Positions 13,120 to 28,141 of a stretch of 64,000 bases of DNA are shown here, piece by piece. Made by a program: the position numbers and the translations under genes. The stretch comes from Lama glama (Eukaryota): contig CM052817.1 in assembly GCA_028534125.1 (NCBI GenBank), positions 38,006,001 to 38,070,000 of the forward strand. Direction: 5' to 3'. The number at the start of each line of letters is the position of its first letter. Position 1 is the stretch's first letter. The notes beneath the pieces are model-generated. The model saw only the letters and a list, made by a program, of their open reading frames with translations. It had not been told where the DNA came from and made no database searches.

Positions 13120-13551
13120 TTAGGACTCCACCTTGTTTGTTTGAAGGAGGACGTGGCCTTGCTAAGTCTTGCTGGGAGTTTCACTGCTGCCTTACTTTTC
13201 TTACATGGCTTTTCCTCCTTTTTTGTTTAATTACATTGCAACCTATATTTACCTAGGAGGACCACACTCTAAAGCAATATCACGGTTATGTGTCTTCTCT
13301 GATACTTCTTTCTGTCTAATTTTTGATTGATTTTAACCTGAAGACAGATTGCATGTCCTTTCTGAATACAGTTTTCTGTGTTCTGTGAGATACTTCTAGA
13401 AAATTTTTCCAACTTTTCCGTTTCCACCATAGCACTAGTATGTATGTGACTTTGAGTTGGAATAAGTACTTGTTTAAATATGTTTTTTAAATAGTTAATT
13501 TTCTCCCTTTTTCTTTCTCTCCTTCTATCCCTTCCACTGTCCCTTCTCCAG

Positions 13552-13610
13552 ATTATTAGTTTATTAAATGTCTTCACACCCCAGAAAACGCTGGAGGAGT
13601 TCCAAGATGT
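13552..13610 (+). CDS. MAPK10: MAPK10 coding exon, 59 nt (IISLLNVFTPQKTLEEFQDV)
   Basis: Long polypyrimidine tract plus cAG acceptor; GTAAGT donor at 13611; translation matches JNK3. Confidence 0.97.
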
Positions 13611-14406
13611 GTAAGTAACAAAACTCGTGAAGGAAGGGGGAGCATAGCATTCAGATAACTCAAGTGATACTGACAAAAATTAAATGAATGCAATCCCTTG
13701 TGGACACCAAAGGGAGGTGAGGACTGGCAGCAAATGGAAAGGATCCAGGGATAGGACAGGAAGCTCTGTTTCTGGTGTTACCTCCTGGAAAGACATTTCT
13801 GCTACTCTCTGAACTTCTGGCTCTTTGTGCTTTGTTGTCCCATGTTCTTGGTTCTATCAGAATCAGAGAAAGCTTATTATTTATTTTACATTTTTTATTA
13901 TTTTTAATTTATTCTGTGAGCTTTCTAGAATGAGTCAACTCACTTTGAGAAATATTAATAAGGGACATGATAAAAATCATCTTTAGCCTTCATTTCTATT
14001 TTTGTGGTGCTTTTGATTTTGTGCCCAAAAAACCTACCAGAAGTATAGTGACAATAAGCAGAGGAGAGGAAATGACTCCTTTGTTTCACACACATACACT
14101 GCATTTAATGGAAGATGCTATTCTGCATTTTTTTATTTGTAATCATAATACTCAAGGAAGAGTTCAGAGAATTCAGGGTGAAGTGAGAACAAGATGAAGG
14201 TAGAAAATATATGGACAGGAACCACACACTAATAAATGCTACTCCTGTTAGCACTCACGTGGTAGGGGTACCATGGGTAATATGCATGCAATACTTGCAA
14301 GTTTTTCATATTCTTAATTTGTCAGAAGTTGAGCTGGAAAGTTGGGGAGACTTACTGGTTTAGGAGAGGATTCTGACTCGTTTGAAGCACTTCACAGGCC
14401 TTGTGA

Positions 14407-14598
<192 letters not shown>

Positions 14599-15161
14599 TG
14601 ATAATTAAGATGCTTGTGGAGAAGAGAAAGAGCAACTGTGGATTCTTTTCTTCATGTAGATGAGCTTGGTTAAATATAATATGCATCCTCATTTATTTTC
14701 CTATAGAATCAGCCATTAATCAGAATCACTACTGTGTAGGAGGAAGCTTCAGCACCCTGCAGTTGATTTTGTTTAATATTTTGTTTCAGCTCATTGAGAG
14801 TCAGCTTCTGAGAAGCCTTGTGCTTTCTAGCCCCTTGATTAGCAGAGGTCAGAGGTGCAGCTGAAACAAGACAGTTCCTTTCCGTTGTTTGCTTCTGGTC
14901 CATAAAGACAGCTGCCCTGATCTGCTCTTCTGTCAGGCCTAGAAACGAAATATAAGCTGAAAGGTTCATGTTGCCATAAGGAGAAACCTAACAGATGACA
15001 GTAAATGATTTTTTTCTAAAACCTCTTTCCAAGATGAGCTTAAATTGTAAAAATGATACAGTTCTTTTCTGAGTTTAAAAAAGTTTCTGAAGATATTAAA
15101 ACAAAAAATCGAAACGCTAACTGTAAACTTCTCAGGGGCAGCACTTTTTTGCTTTTCGTAG

Positions 15162-15485
<324 letters not shown>

Positions 15486-18400
15486 TGAAGAAAATGAGGA
15501 CACAGTTTTAGATAGCCGAGAGTAATGTTCTCTTTCAGTCTGTATGAGTACTTTTTTTAAAAAAATAGAGTTGCCAGCTTTCATATTCAGAAGTTTTTCA
15601 AAAATACTGCTAGGAAGACTCACCCGTTAAAAATGCGAAGGATGTTTCTGAGAAGTAAGGTTGGCTAGAAGAGCACTGAAATGTTACAGCTAACACGAAT
15701 TACAAGCGGAGCCTGATTAAACAGTCAGGTGGATACTCATTAGCATAGATGCTGTAGATATTGAGAAAATTTGCTTTTTAGGTGGCAGCTCAGCTCAAAG
15801 TGAGTATAAACAGGAAGAAATCCGTCTACTCCATTTAGCCCTCTGGCTTTATGTTACATCTTAGATTGATGGCTCTAGTCCTAGGAAAAGACAAAAAGAT
15901 ACAACAAATCCTTGGAGCAAGAATCTTCACAAATGTTCAATGTATAGTCAGTTTAGAATAATCCAAAGTGTTCAGGTTGGAAAAGAATTTCTTTAACACT
16001 TTAAACTGTTCTGTAAGTAATTGTTAAGGTAGCAATCGCCTAGTAAGTTTTTATAAATTCCAAAACCATCGAGAGGGAAAAATATTAAATTTTACACTAC
16101 TGCTTTCATAAAGAAAAGCTAGTACTCATGAGCACTTTAAAAGAAAAGGTAGAAAGAATCTTCAAAATGTATTTCGGTTTGATTTTACTGAAATGAAAGA
16201 CTCATGAAATACATATTAAAAAGCACTGCAATATATTAACTTTGAAAAGAGTATTTCTAACAAGTAATGCAGTATATTAAAAACACATCCAATATATTTA
16301 AGAATTAAAATAGTTTTATATTAGAATTTATATATGTACTCAATGTACCTTTCATACTTATTTTTTTTATATTCTATTCTGTTTAGTTCCCAGGAGTCTA
16401 TAAGTTCTAGAGGAGTAATTATCATTGTATTTTTATGTGTAGGTGATACAGAGTACTTTTTTGAAAATTCCCTGGCCACCAAAGTTTTAAAAAGTTTCTG
16501 ACTTGCAGATTAGAAGAGAGCCAATCCTTTCATGCATTTGTGCAGAGGAAGGGAAAAAAGTTCTTGGCAAGGTCAGGTTTACTTTGGTGAGCAATGGCAG
16601 AATTCTGTTACGTTTTGACTTGAAAGAGGAAAATCTGGTCCTCTTCTCAAGGCAATACCACCTCTAACTTATTTGGGTTTGATATTTGTATACTTTCTTC
16701 ATAAGTTATTTATAAAAAAAATCAAAGGGAGACTCAGTTAAAAAAATTCAATAAATCAAGAATCTATAAGAATCTGGGGTGGGGTATCTGAATTTGCCTA
16801 ATGTGGATTTTCAGATCTTTGCTGCACAGATGGCATGTAATCTCATCCCTTCCCCTTCCCTCACCAGAAAGGACTGCAAGTTGCTGCCTTAGTTTTTTGG
16901 CTTCTCTAGATCCGTGGAGAAAGCATACCTAGCACCCTCGTGCTGCCCTCCCACCTACCTATGGGATGAAAGTAACCCTGCAGAATAACCTGCTTGCTCC
17001 CACGTCAGGCATGCCCAGCTATCCCATCCACCTAACCTGCCTTCCTTCCCCAAGGAGCATTTTAGCCTAATGTTTTTGCCCCCAATTTCCCTTTGTCCTT
17101 ACTAAAAAGCGAGTTGGAAGAGGGTAAAGATTGGTAAGAGAAGGTGAAGCATGTTTGGTTAACAAGTATGACAATTGAGAGACAAATGTATGTATATAAT
17201 AACTTTTTAACACCGTTAATACTTTTTTTTACTTTACTTCTAGATGACTCCTTTATACATATGCTAATTAATTATATATTTTTTTCTTGAAATATTTCAA
17301 ATAGAAACTAAAACTGGTCTTTATTTACAAGAATAACTTCTGAAGGAAAAACTAAGCCCTGAATATCAGGGTTTCCTTCCAATATTTCTTTCTGCCTTTA
17401 AACCATGTTTCCGGCCATTTCCTAGTTTCTTGGATTTGGTTGCATTTACATTATTTTGGATTAAAAAAGGGGTGTCGCTAGTTGCCCTATTCCATGTAAC
17501 TGAATAGAATAGAAAATGGAAACAGCCACCCCTAAAGGTTGATCAAGATTATTTTCTCTGCATCCAGCAAATGACATCGAAAACCCTTTGGTGGCTTCTA
17601 GCCATCACCTGCCGTGGAGATGCTTTTGGTTAAGCTGCTGCTTTTCCATGTTACCACTTTGTGGCACTAAAGAAGCAATCTAAGGCACTCACAAAGTAAT
17701 TAAAAAAATAATTTGAGTTCTTACACTATACATTGTTTGTGTAATATTACAGTGCTGATTTTAATTCACCTTTTTGGCTAGCTTTTGGTGGGAGACAGAA
17801 ANNNNNNNNNNNNNNNNNNNNNNNNNNNNNNNNNNNNNNNNNNNNNNNNNNNNNNNNNNNNNNNNNNNNNNNNNNNNNNNNNNNNNNNNNNNNNNNNNNN
17901 NNNNNNNNNNNNNNNNNNNNNNNNNNNNNNNNNNNNNNNNNNNNNNNNNNNNNNNNNNNNNNNNNNNNNNNNNNNNNNNNNNNNNNNNNNNNNNNNNNNN
18001 NNNNNNNNNNNNNNNNNNNNNNNNNNNNNNNNNNNNNNNNNNNNNNNNNNNNNNNNNNNNNNNNNNNNNNNNNNNNNNNNNNNNNNNNNNNNNNNNNNNN
18101 NNNNNNAAAAAATGATTATTTCTATAATCTGACCAGTACTGAAAACTACCTACCTCAATGATTTGTTTTAATGAAGTTTTAATGGGATTTTTCTCCTTAA
18201 ATTATTTTCTTATCTGTAACTCAAAATAGCAGTGCAATTTTTTTCTCATAAGTAAGAGAGGCCACCAAATCCCAAATGAGTAAAATATATTTATAATTAG
18301 CAGAAGAAGCCACTATTTGCAAGTATTTTCCATCTCCTTTCTATAACCATTTTATGCTTCTACAAATTTCGGCATAATCATTTCTCTTCTTGCTGATGCC

Positions 18401-19267
18401 CTAAGCTTCTGTCCATATCTTTAATGATCTGAATTACTCTTGACACTATACCCAGTCTTAAATAGGTTAAAATAGCACATCTTCCTTAAAATGTGAACTT
18501 CCACATTTAAAAATAATAATTATTTTTCAAATTGCTGGAGGTCAGGTGAATTTAAAATAGGCTTTCCTTATTTGACTTGGAGATGTGACTTAAACATAGA
18601 TAATTGCTATTCAAATGAAATTCAGAATTAAAAAAATGAAATGTACAGTGTGGGGAATAGAGACAATTAAAAAAAAAAGCAGTGTTGATTTGTGTTCCCT
18701 TACTGGGTCTTATACTAAATTCGATCAGAAATTTCTTGGAGCGATAGCTCTGCTTTGGAATTATTAAATGAGCTGGTGTATTTCTGAAAGGACCAAAAGT
18801 TCATTCACTAACAAAAGCACATATTTGTGTTTGTAATTACTGATAATAAAGTTTACATATTAATTTAAAAAATATTTTTATAAGTACAGAAATACCCTGC
18901 TAACACACAATTATGCAAATCTAAGTACAATTGACAACTTCAACAATGATAATGCCAGATTGAATTCAGTATATCACATATGAATTTTTGAAATTGGCCA
19001 TAAATATGTGATCCATAACTCTATTAAATATTGTATTTGATTAATAAGAAGGATCTATTAAGGGACTTTCATTATGTAGGAAATATTATGATTGTTATTT
19101 AACAATAAGAGAAGTAGAAGAAAAGGCCAATAATAAAAAAAAAATCTGACAATAAGAAGTTGACACCACGATGAACATACATTTATGTAGTCATTTATTT
19201 ATTCTGCCAGATATTAATGAGATATTCTCTAAATTCCAATAGTAATGTGAGTAAAGGTATCTTCTAA

Positions 19268-19445
19268 AACTATGCTATCTAATAGGTAGGCACTAATCAC
19301 ATGGGTAGCTCTTGAAATTATGAAGTCTGAATTAAGAGGTGTTATATATGCATAATACGTATTAAATTTTGAAGATATAAAAAGAAAACATGCAAAATAT
19401 CCCAATTTTTATATTGGTTACATATTGAAGTGATAATGGTTCTTT
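19268..19445. mobile_element. hAT-Charlie MITE fragment (MER33/MER3-like)
   Basis: gctatctaataggtaggcactaatcacatg...tctgaattaagaggtg...tttttatattggttacatattgaagtgataat. Confidence 0.6.
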
Positions 19446-19572
19446 TTATTTTATGTTAAGTTATTTATATTTTGAGGATCAATTACATACAGATCAATTT
19501 AGTTGATTTGAACGATATTGTAATTCACATTCATATTTAAATGTATTGATTTCATACAAAAGTAGGAGTACT

Positions 19573-19574
<2 letters not shown>

Positions 19575-19617
<43 letters not shown>
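19575..19617. repeat. Perfect (GT)21 microsatellite
   Basis: Directly visible; likely polymorphic. Confidence 0.97.
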
Positions 19618-19619
<2 letters not shown>

Positions 19620-21684
19620 TTTGTCTTTGGGGTATAATACATTTCAAATAAAAAAGACCTGGAACTTCTCAGTCATTTTCAATGTAAAGTTGCACAGCCA
19701 CATCTCTGTAGTGCACTAGTTAATGGAAAACAAAAAGTCACAATATACCATTTCCATGTGATGCTGTTGTTACAGGTCACTTGATTCCCACGTAGCATGG
19801 TTCTCTGAGATCTAATTTAGCTATTCAGGTATTTATCATTAAATCATTAGTATCAGATTTAAAAGCCAATAAAATTAGGAAGAGTCAAACTTTTTTTATA
19901 ACCCAAACTACCCTTCAGATAAACAAGCAGAGATAATAGCACCATATTGGTAATTCTACATTTTTCCAGAAGTTTTTCTCTTGGAGGCCTTTTTTTCCCA
20001 TCTATCCTAGTTTATGTTTTAGAAAAATGTTTGACATTGAAAGTAAATTGTGAAAAATATCAACACATAAAATATACTTCCTTGATAAATATGACCCTAG
20101 AAATTTAATAAACCCTAATACACAATGTGTACATTGTGATTAGGGTTTGGATTCTACAGAATTTTGAAGATATAAAAAGATATATCCCATTCTCTGCTTA
20201 TGATTATATGCAATATCGGGATTTGACAGCCTACTGCCATATATGATAATGAGCCTGCCTGCAGACTAAAAGTCAGTGGGGAAGTTACACAAAGACGTTC
20301 CAGTGGAAAACATCTTGCTTAAATTAAATTTTACTTAAATATGAGTAATAATTTCCAGATGAAATGCATTGGAAGAACTATCATCTCATTGAAAATGTTT
20401 CCATTTGTATTTAAATCCTTAATTGCCTATAATTAAAACTACAGTTTAATGTTTTAAGTCATGGCCGTATTTAAAAATTAAACTAAACCATAGAAATCCC
20501 TATTAAACAATGGATTACATATACTCTGTGTTTTTGAGTGGAATTGTTTCATTAATCTTTACATGAGGCTATTATTATGAGCTTCCTACCAATGATAAAG
20601 AGATCGGAGCACTGGATCATGCTTCTGGTGATCATAACTGCACTAGACTGTGATGATCAGACAGAAGTTTAGGGGCTGATGCAGGTGATTTATGGGGAGA
20701 AGAATCATCCAATATTTTATCTTACTAAAATGATTCCATAATTTACTGGGGGTAAAATCAAAGTTTAGGCTATGCTAATTTATACTTTGACTATATCTTA
20801 GAGTCTTCAGAGACTTAAAAAATAGTATAAGTGAATAATTAACTTAGAATTATTTCTGATGAATTTCTCTGAGGCTGAAGAATGATGTTATAATACTCCA
20901 TCATCATAATCAACATTATTTCTCTTTCTCGACAGAACTTTTTAATGTCCCCTTTTAAAATCTGAACTCTAAGCAAAAGTAATAAAACAGCTTGACAAAT
21001 TGGGAAATCTTTTGAAATTATCATTGATGACTGAAGGTTTAGCTGTTTTCCTACGTTAAAACTGTTTTTGCATTTTGAGAATCATTGTGTGGGTTTCTTG
21101 ACTATTGATATGATCCAGATGACAACACAAGGTAGCTTCTTGATTATTAAAATAAACTGTTGGCAAAATAAATACATACATATTCGCTTTTCCATTCATT
21201 TGTTTGCTAACTTTTTTAATATCCAAAGGAATATTTATGAAATCTTTGTTGAATTTCTTAATTATACAAACATACACTATTATACACTCAATTTTCATTA
21301 CAATTTTATGATTAAAACCTATTTTTTAGGATATATGTTGACATAGTATACAGTATTACTAAAAATTCTTCTTAATGATGAAGTTCAAGTCAGAGAACAA
21401 TAAATATGGCAGGTCTGCTTTTTGAAGCACTCCAATGATCATATAAATGATATCAGTAACTTTGCATTTCATTCAGATTTTGCTTCTTTTAATAACGAAC
21501 TATAGTAAAGCAGTATTATGATGTTTCTTAGAATTTTTTTTTTTTAAGGACTATCTAATCACCGACTTCTTTCACCCACCCTTGAACCCAACAGGGGCAT
21601 GCCATATTCTTGATTACTTAGGTCTCACGTAATACCAGTATAGTTTTCATTTAATACCAGTTCTTTCCTCAAGCCTGATTCTTT

Positions 21685-21820
21685 TTGTTTGTTTGTCTTT
21701 TGTTTTGTTTGTTTGTTTTTGGAGGGGAAGTAATTAGGTTTATTCAGTTTAAAGAAGGTACTGGGGATTGAACCCAGGACCTAAGCATGCACTCTACCAC
21801 TGAGCTATAACCATCTCCCT
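21685..21820 (-). mobile_element. Camelid tRNA-Ala-derived SINE with a 10-nt internal deletion
   Basis: ggtactggggattgaacccaggacct^aagcatgcactctaccactgagctata with (tttg)n tail; short TSD attcttt. Confidence 0.9.
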
Positions 21821-24800
21821 CCATTCTTTAAATATATTCTTCCTAGTTTATTATTTCCATTCTACTTCAAATGGTAGCACCTTCTCTGAGTAAAACCTGT
21901 GATGTTCATTTATCTTGAGTTCTAGCCAGAGTTCTCTGGACCTGGGGAATGTTAAAGCAAGGCACACCTTATTCATTTGAAACTTCTGGACCATAAGCAT
22001 ATTGTCTCCAGTTAAAGCTGACAGTTAGGCAGCTAAAGTACCACTTCTTGCCTTTCCCTCTGATGACATGAGACATTGCAGTTAAAATAAAAATAATGTA
22101 CATTTAATCTTGCCAAGAAGACAAGTTATCAAGGAATAGGTAAATGATTGGCTAGAAATACATTTGAAGAAATAAAACACCCTCAAATTAACTGAATATC
22201 ATATATTTTCTTAACTTAAACAAATAAAAATTAGGAACAATCAAAGTAAAGTGAACAAAAATTGGAGGCTAGTACAGATAGATATTCTAATCCTTCTTAG
22301 CTCTTTGAAATAACTATGCATCCTACCTAATAAACTTTTGCAACTAACACATTACTGTAGTCCAAGTCTTCTATCTAATATTAAGGCAATACAGCATTAT
22401 CTCAAACTATACATAATTTATGACTTTAAATAAAATTGGGATGTAAAAATTTCAGTAGTCATTCTTTCATGCCCATAAGCAAATTGCCAATAATCACAAA
22501 CAATTGAAAAAATAAGACAATTTTTTTCTATTTGTTTAAAAGAATCTATTTTCACCAGGAATTCGCTACTACTCTTATTTTTCTCATTATTCTGAGAAAA
22601 TCTGAGTGAGACAGGAATCACTAGACCAGGAGCTGGAGATTCTGAGGTGATCTGAAAAGATGGAAGGAGGGTGTGGTTGTAAGGGGAAAATCCCTCTCCG
22701 AGAAATTTAGAGTAGGCCAGAGTATACTAGAGGGCAGGATGAGGCTGAAGAGTGATAAAAGGAGTTCAGAGAGGTATACAGAAAGGGTGCAGTGAGAGAG
22801 GACACAGAGAATGGACTTCCGGGGGTGGAACAGAAGGCAAGAGATTGAGCAGAGGGACCTTGACTGCTAGATGCCTTGGAGAGAAGCTATGAATGACCAT
22901 GTACAAAGGTCCACCAGGACTGCTGGGTCCTCCAGGAGTTCCCTGTCCCCCAGAAATGGAAATGTAAAAGCATACTGGTTTTCATTATCCCTCTATAGCT
23001 CTGTAGACAGTGTACTGAACGATCTTTAAAAATAAAGCAAACTGTTTGAGGGGGGAAATGACAAACAACACAATACATTCCCTCGTCATTACTACAATGC
23101 TCGATTCAGACTCTCATTGGCCTGATGGGCTCTTAGGACAAAGTTCATGAGCAGTGATACCCACTGCAGGACTTTTCTCTTTTGTCAGCAGTCAAATGAG
23201 TCTTCAGCTCAAAGCGCTCCAAGAACTGGCTTCTGGTCTTCTTTGTTTTAGTCATGTGACATCTCCTAAACTTGTTTACTTTGTAACATGCTTCCTTTGC
23301 CTGTCTTACAAGACTGCAGTGCTGGTAGTCATCTGATACATATTAAACATTAGATGTTTACAAACATACACATACCTGTAAATACCTTCAAAAGAAAAGG
23401 AACTCTGATTTTTGTGTATGAAGTTGGTTTGGAAGCACTCCAGCCCAGATAACCTTCAAATTGAATTAAGTAAAGTGTAAAAAATAGAAATAACTAAAAA
23501 AGACCATCTAGAGTAAAAAATTTTCTCAGAAGATGAGAAACCAAAATTATCTATGAATTCAACAGTAAAAGGAAAGAAAATGAATAGTTTGTCACTTACT
23601 AGAGCACTTCTTCGAGTTGACGTACAGAATGAAGTAAGGATAATTACCCGAATCTTCAGGGAGCTTGTATTTAATTTGGTGATGACATGAGATATTCAGA
23701 GCTAGCATCTACTATTTGTTCATCAGAACATAGAAAGTTTAAAGAAAAACATTTTTTTCAGCATCAAGATTTCTTTAAATTCCTTATTTATATACACTGT
23801 AGAATTACATGGATTTTAAAGATGACAATTTTAAAAAGTTTGATGCAGTAAAAAAAATTATTAAATCTTTTTATGGCAGAATATTTTGTAAATCCATTAG
23901 TCTACAGTTTTATTTATAATTTAGTATAAATTAAATATAAAATTAAAGATTTACATAATTTAATATATAGCTAAAGGTTTTCTTCTTTATTGTAAGTTTT
24001 AACGGATATTTTTGTTTTGTTAAAAAAGGGAGTCAAGGTTATAGTATCTTTAAAATAAAGGCTAAAAATTAATGATACCATAGAAGTTATAAAGAAAGAA
24101 AAGCAGGTTGAATAAGTAGACTCAAGGAGAAAATCTTTCCTATTTCCTGGCATAAAAATATTTAGCATTGTGTTCCATGAAAGTTTTTTACTTTTCTTAC
24201 TTAGATTTACAAGTGCAAAATAGGTACATTCTCTGTTTATTTATGCATATCAGTAGTCTTTTACAACTCCATCTTTGCACTGAAGTTTAAAACAATGTGC
24301 TTTTGTTAAATATCTAATTAAATTTATAACTTTTAAAACAAGCTTTTCAAAGGAATGGTGTTCTGATTTTAGAAAACCATATTACATCTTCTTGCTATTG
24401 TACTTTGATGTATTCGTTGAAAGAAAATTTATCAAAACCCATTGTCTGAATCCTATGCTAAATGAACATATAATTAGGTTGAGGAGAAAAGCAGTGTGGT
24501 CTCACAATTGTGTTATTAGAGCCTCACAATCTGCTAGATAAGAAACCTTTATCCGGTTGCTGGATTGAAGCTCACACAGTCCAAAAATATTTCATCATAG
24601 ATCACAATCCAAGCCATTAGGCAGAGTGTGGAAGTAGCAATAAAGTGCTTTCTTTATTTAGATTTAAACTGCCAGGGCCTATATTATATCATTCCTATCT
24701 CTTGCATAGAGCAGAAAAAAGATAATTTATTTAATCTAATACCTGACAAATTATAGTACACTTGAGATTTTCTCATTTAGAAAACTGATGACTGTTTATT

Positions 24801-26199
24801 TTAGTAACACCAAAACTTAACATTCTTTCTAAGGAAAGTGACTCAGTTTCTGAGTGTCACAATTGCAAATGAATCTGCTTTTTGCCTATGGGAATACTGA
24901 TGGTGGGAGGGGAAATGTAATGAGTCAGAATCATAAAAGCAACCAGAATTCTATCTGGGCAGCATTCGTGTACAAAACTTTATGGAGACCCAAATATTAT
25001 ATCAGATCATCTTAGAAAGCATCAAAATCCAGTTTCCAACTGTGATTGAATTTCCCTATTTCTTCTTAGGTGTATGCACAGTCAGTATTCTTGGAATATC
25101 TTGAAAACTTCGTAAAATAATCCAGTCTCACTCTGATAAACAGATACACACATTAGTTGAGGGAAGGCTTACTGCCACCCATTGTCCCAACAGGATTTAG
25201 TATCGAATCCTTTTACTACCTGTTTCCTGTTACAGTTGTGATGACTGATTCATAAAATTTGGTGCAATGGCTTTCTCTTGAGAAATAATCCTGTCTTTCA
25301 TAATAAAAATCGACATAGATTCATGTGCATATACTCCACTTGGGTAATTTGTAATAATAGAGTTTATCGTTCCCAGATACAAGGCTTAGCACTTCAGTGG
25401 CATAGCATGGATAATCTGTAGGAATAAGAAAGTTTGAGTGGAAATTGGAAGTTGGAGGGATTTCCAGGGTATTATTACCCAGGAAAGATATATTAAATAA
25501 AGAAAATAGAATTCAATATATTCATTGGTAGTTCAGATCTAGAGTTTATATCTCTCTGCATTACTTTTATGCAAAAGCTTTGTGTTCTATTAAGTCTATT
25601 TTAGGTTCTGATATGAGGACACATTTCTAAAAATATTCTCCTTTTACTTTGGAATATCTGTATCCGCAGAGCCACACAAATGAGAACCAGGAGATAGACC
25701 AGTTATTAAACCAACAACTGTCTGGAGCCAATTGAGGCTGAAACAACACAGGGACTAAGATTCCACTCAGGTTGTCGGCTGTATTGTTGTTGCTGTTGTT
25801 TAAAGGCATATGTGAGGGAGAGTGAAAATGAAGGGATTTTAGTCTGAAGGATGAAAATTTGCCAGTTTTAGGAGAAGAGTGGTCAGGGATTGTAGATAAA
25901 TTCGCATATTTTTAGGTTATTTTTTGGATTAGGGAACAGGGTAATTCCTGTTTAGATAATGAAGAGACCTTCCATGGAGTCAGTTGTGATTCAGTACAGG
26001 GAATGCCTTTCTAAGTGGTTTCAGCAGTGAAAAGGATCACTCAGTGAGTGATGAGTGAGCTTCCCTCATTGGAAACAATTCTTAATTACATGTATAAATA
26101 TAAGATACAATATAGCATTATATAAATAATAAATAAGCCTTTCTTAAATACATTTAATTCATAGATACATACACACATATAAAAATGCATAGGGACACA

Positions 26200-26390
26200 T
26201 AACTAACATTTATTGAGGACTTCCTATGACCAGACAATGTGGAAGGATCTTTACCAAGCATAATCGTTTTAAGTCTTACAACATTTTACATAATAAGTAC
26301 CATTTATTATCCACATTTTAGAGGATGAAAAGAAAGATGAAGTAACCTGGCCAAGGTTATATAGTTAGAAAGCAATGAAGTTAGTTCTGC
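26200..26390 (-). mobile_element. MIR SINE
   Basis: taactaacatttattgagg...ttattatccacattttagaggatgaaa...agtaacctggccaaggttatatagttag. Confidence 0.7.
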
Positions 26391-28069
26391 AGCAGAAAAA
26401 AAAAGGGTATTTGCCAGAGATAACATAGAAGAGATGTTTTTACATTAAATAAAAAATAAAAATAGATGTTTTCTGACTACAGATAGGTCTATGGCAGAAA
26501 CAGCCTTTTTCCAAAAGTTTAAATGGATCCAGGAAAGAGAAAAATCTTGCTTATTGAGTTTCTAGCACTATTATTTTCTCTCTCTCTCCCACAATATCTA
26601 TAAAAAGTAGATACATGATAAATAACAACTTAGTCAGACTGGTCATTTGGACAGTATAATAAGAATATTTGCAATTCAAAAACAAATACATTTTCAGAGA
26701 TCTTTTGTCCCCTTTAATCAAAGTGCTCACCTCTTGTGAGACAGGTATTATCTGGAATTACAAATGCATTAATAATAAAGGGCTGCACAACTGTTTGCTC
26801 TATCTTTCCCTGATATTTCTGCATGTCACTTGCTTTCCTAAAATGGAAGCAAAACAAATTTGCTTCTCTGGGTATGCTTATCACCTTTAAAGCTGTAACC
26901 ATTTCTTTGCAGTGATCACTCTGTTTAGGTGTTAAGTCAAACTTTGGAAACTTTGAGTTTAACCTGAGTGAGATTTTCACATTGGAAAGAATCTCATGAG
27001 GAATTCTCTAAGGTGACTGCCAAATTACAGGATGTAATTTGAAGAGTAAGTGGAGCAAAATTATAGTGTGCTGCTATCTTAATGCCTTTCCCTATTTGTT
27101 CCCCCTCAACTTCCCTTATTCTTCTAGGTTATTTTCCCCCATAAGAATGACCTATCTTTTTTTTCCTGAGTTTTCAGTAGGAACACGTGAGTAACCAAGT
27201 ATAGTTAAAGAGAGAGATTTCACTTTCTTGCTTCGCCTTTTCCAATTTTGTCTCCACCTCCACCCCCACCCAAGTACCTTCTGCCCTAGCTTCCTGGTTT
27301 TAAGTTCTGGATGGTAATTGGCAATATCAGAGAGACCACTGTAATTTCACCTTGAATTCCAGGTTTCTTTTGATTCACAGTCTCAGAAGAAGTGTTACGT
27401 CTTCAAGTCATGTTGTTCATTTCATGTTGAACCATCTCAGTTTGAAAGCCAGAATTTCTTACCATTACAAAGCAACCATGTTTATGAGAAAAAGACAAGG
27501 CTTGCTGTTTAGAAACATGCTCCTTTGATTGGAGTCAATTAAACTGAGCCAGCATATTCCAAAACATTCACTCTTGAGCTAGCATTTCACTTCCAGAAAT
27601 TTATTCATATTTATAGACAAGAGTAAGTGTGTTTTATAAAAGATACCCTTTCCTCCAAGGTTGCTGGCAGCTCAGCTTTTCTTTTTTTTCTCCAAGTATG
27701 GTGTACAAAAGAGTGAAAAAGAAACCAGTTTGCATGTTTCCCATATTAACACAATCTAGAATAATTTACAGTACAAATTGGTAGGATTCTAGTAGATGAA
27801 TGCAAATTAGACCTTTTAAAATCAGAAACCAAATTAATCACCGAATTATAATTGCAAAGTAATATTGTTTCACATCAGGTGGCAGTGAATGGCATTGAGT
27901 GGCATTGGTAGTTCGGTTGCATAGCAGAAAGGGCCCCGACGTTCTTGTGTTCTCTCCGTCCCACTGTTTTAAAGTACTGTAAGACTGGACTCTTATCTAG
28001 TCAGCAAAAGGTCAGACCATTGCTCTATGGCATGGGTAGTCAAGTGTTTTCATTTATTTGCTGTTCTAN

Positions 28070-28141
28070 NNNNNNNNNNNNNNNNNNNNNNNNNNNNNNN
28101 NNNNNNNNNNNNNNNNNNNNNNNNNNNNNNNNNNNNNNNNN
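28070..28141 (+). CDS. MAPK10: Inferred 72-nt mutually exclusive JNK exon (VD.WSVGCI.GEM...LFPG.D., subdomain IX), hidden in an N-gap
   Basis: The sequence before the gap reads gttttcatttatttgctgttcta[N], an acceptor lacking only its final G. The 140-N gap can hold a 72-nt exon plus donor. No copy of this exon is visible between 15451 and 39077. Coordinates are inferred. Confidence 0.5.

Noticed and set aside
24839-24927. Pair of AP-1 sites (TGACTCA at 24839, TGAGTCA at 24921)
   Set aside because: Several such 7-mers are expected in 64 kb, and there is no other supporting feature.
17601-27893. Long-range docking/selector pairing between GCCATCACCTGCC (17601-17613) and GGCAGTGAATGGC (27881-27893), each about 200 nt upstream of a gap
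   Set aside because: Only 12 bp with two bulges, which is expected by chance. Mutual exclusivity is already explained by U2/U12 incompatibility; covariation evidence would be needed.
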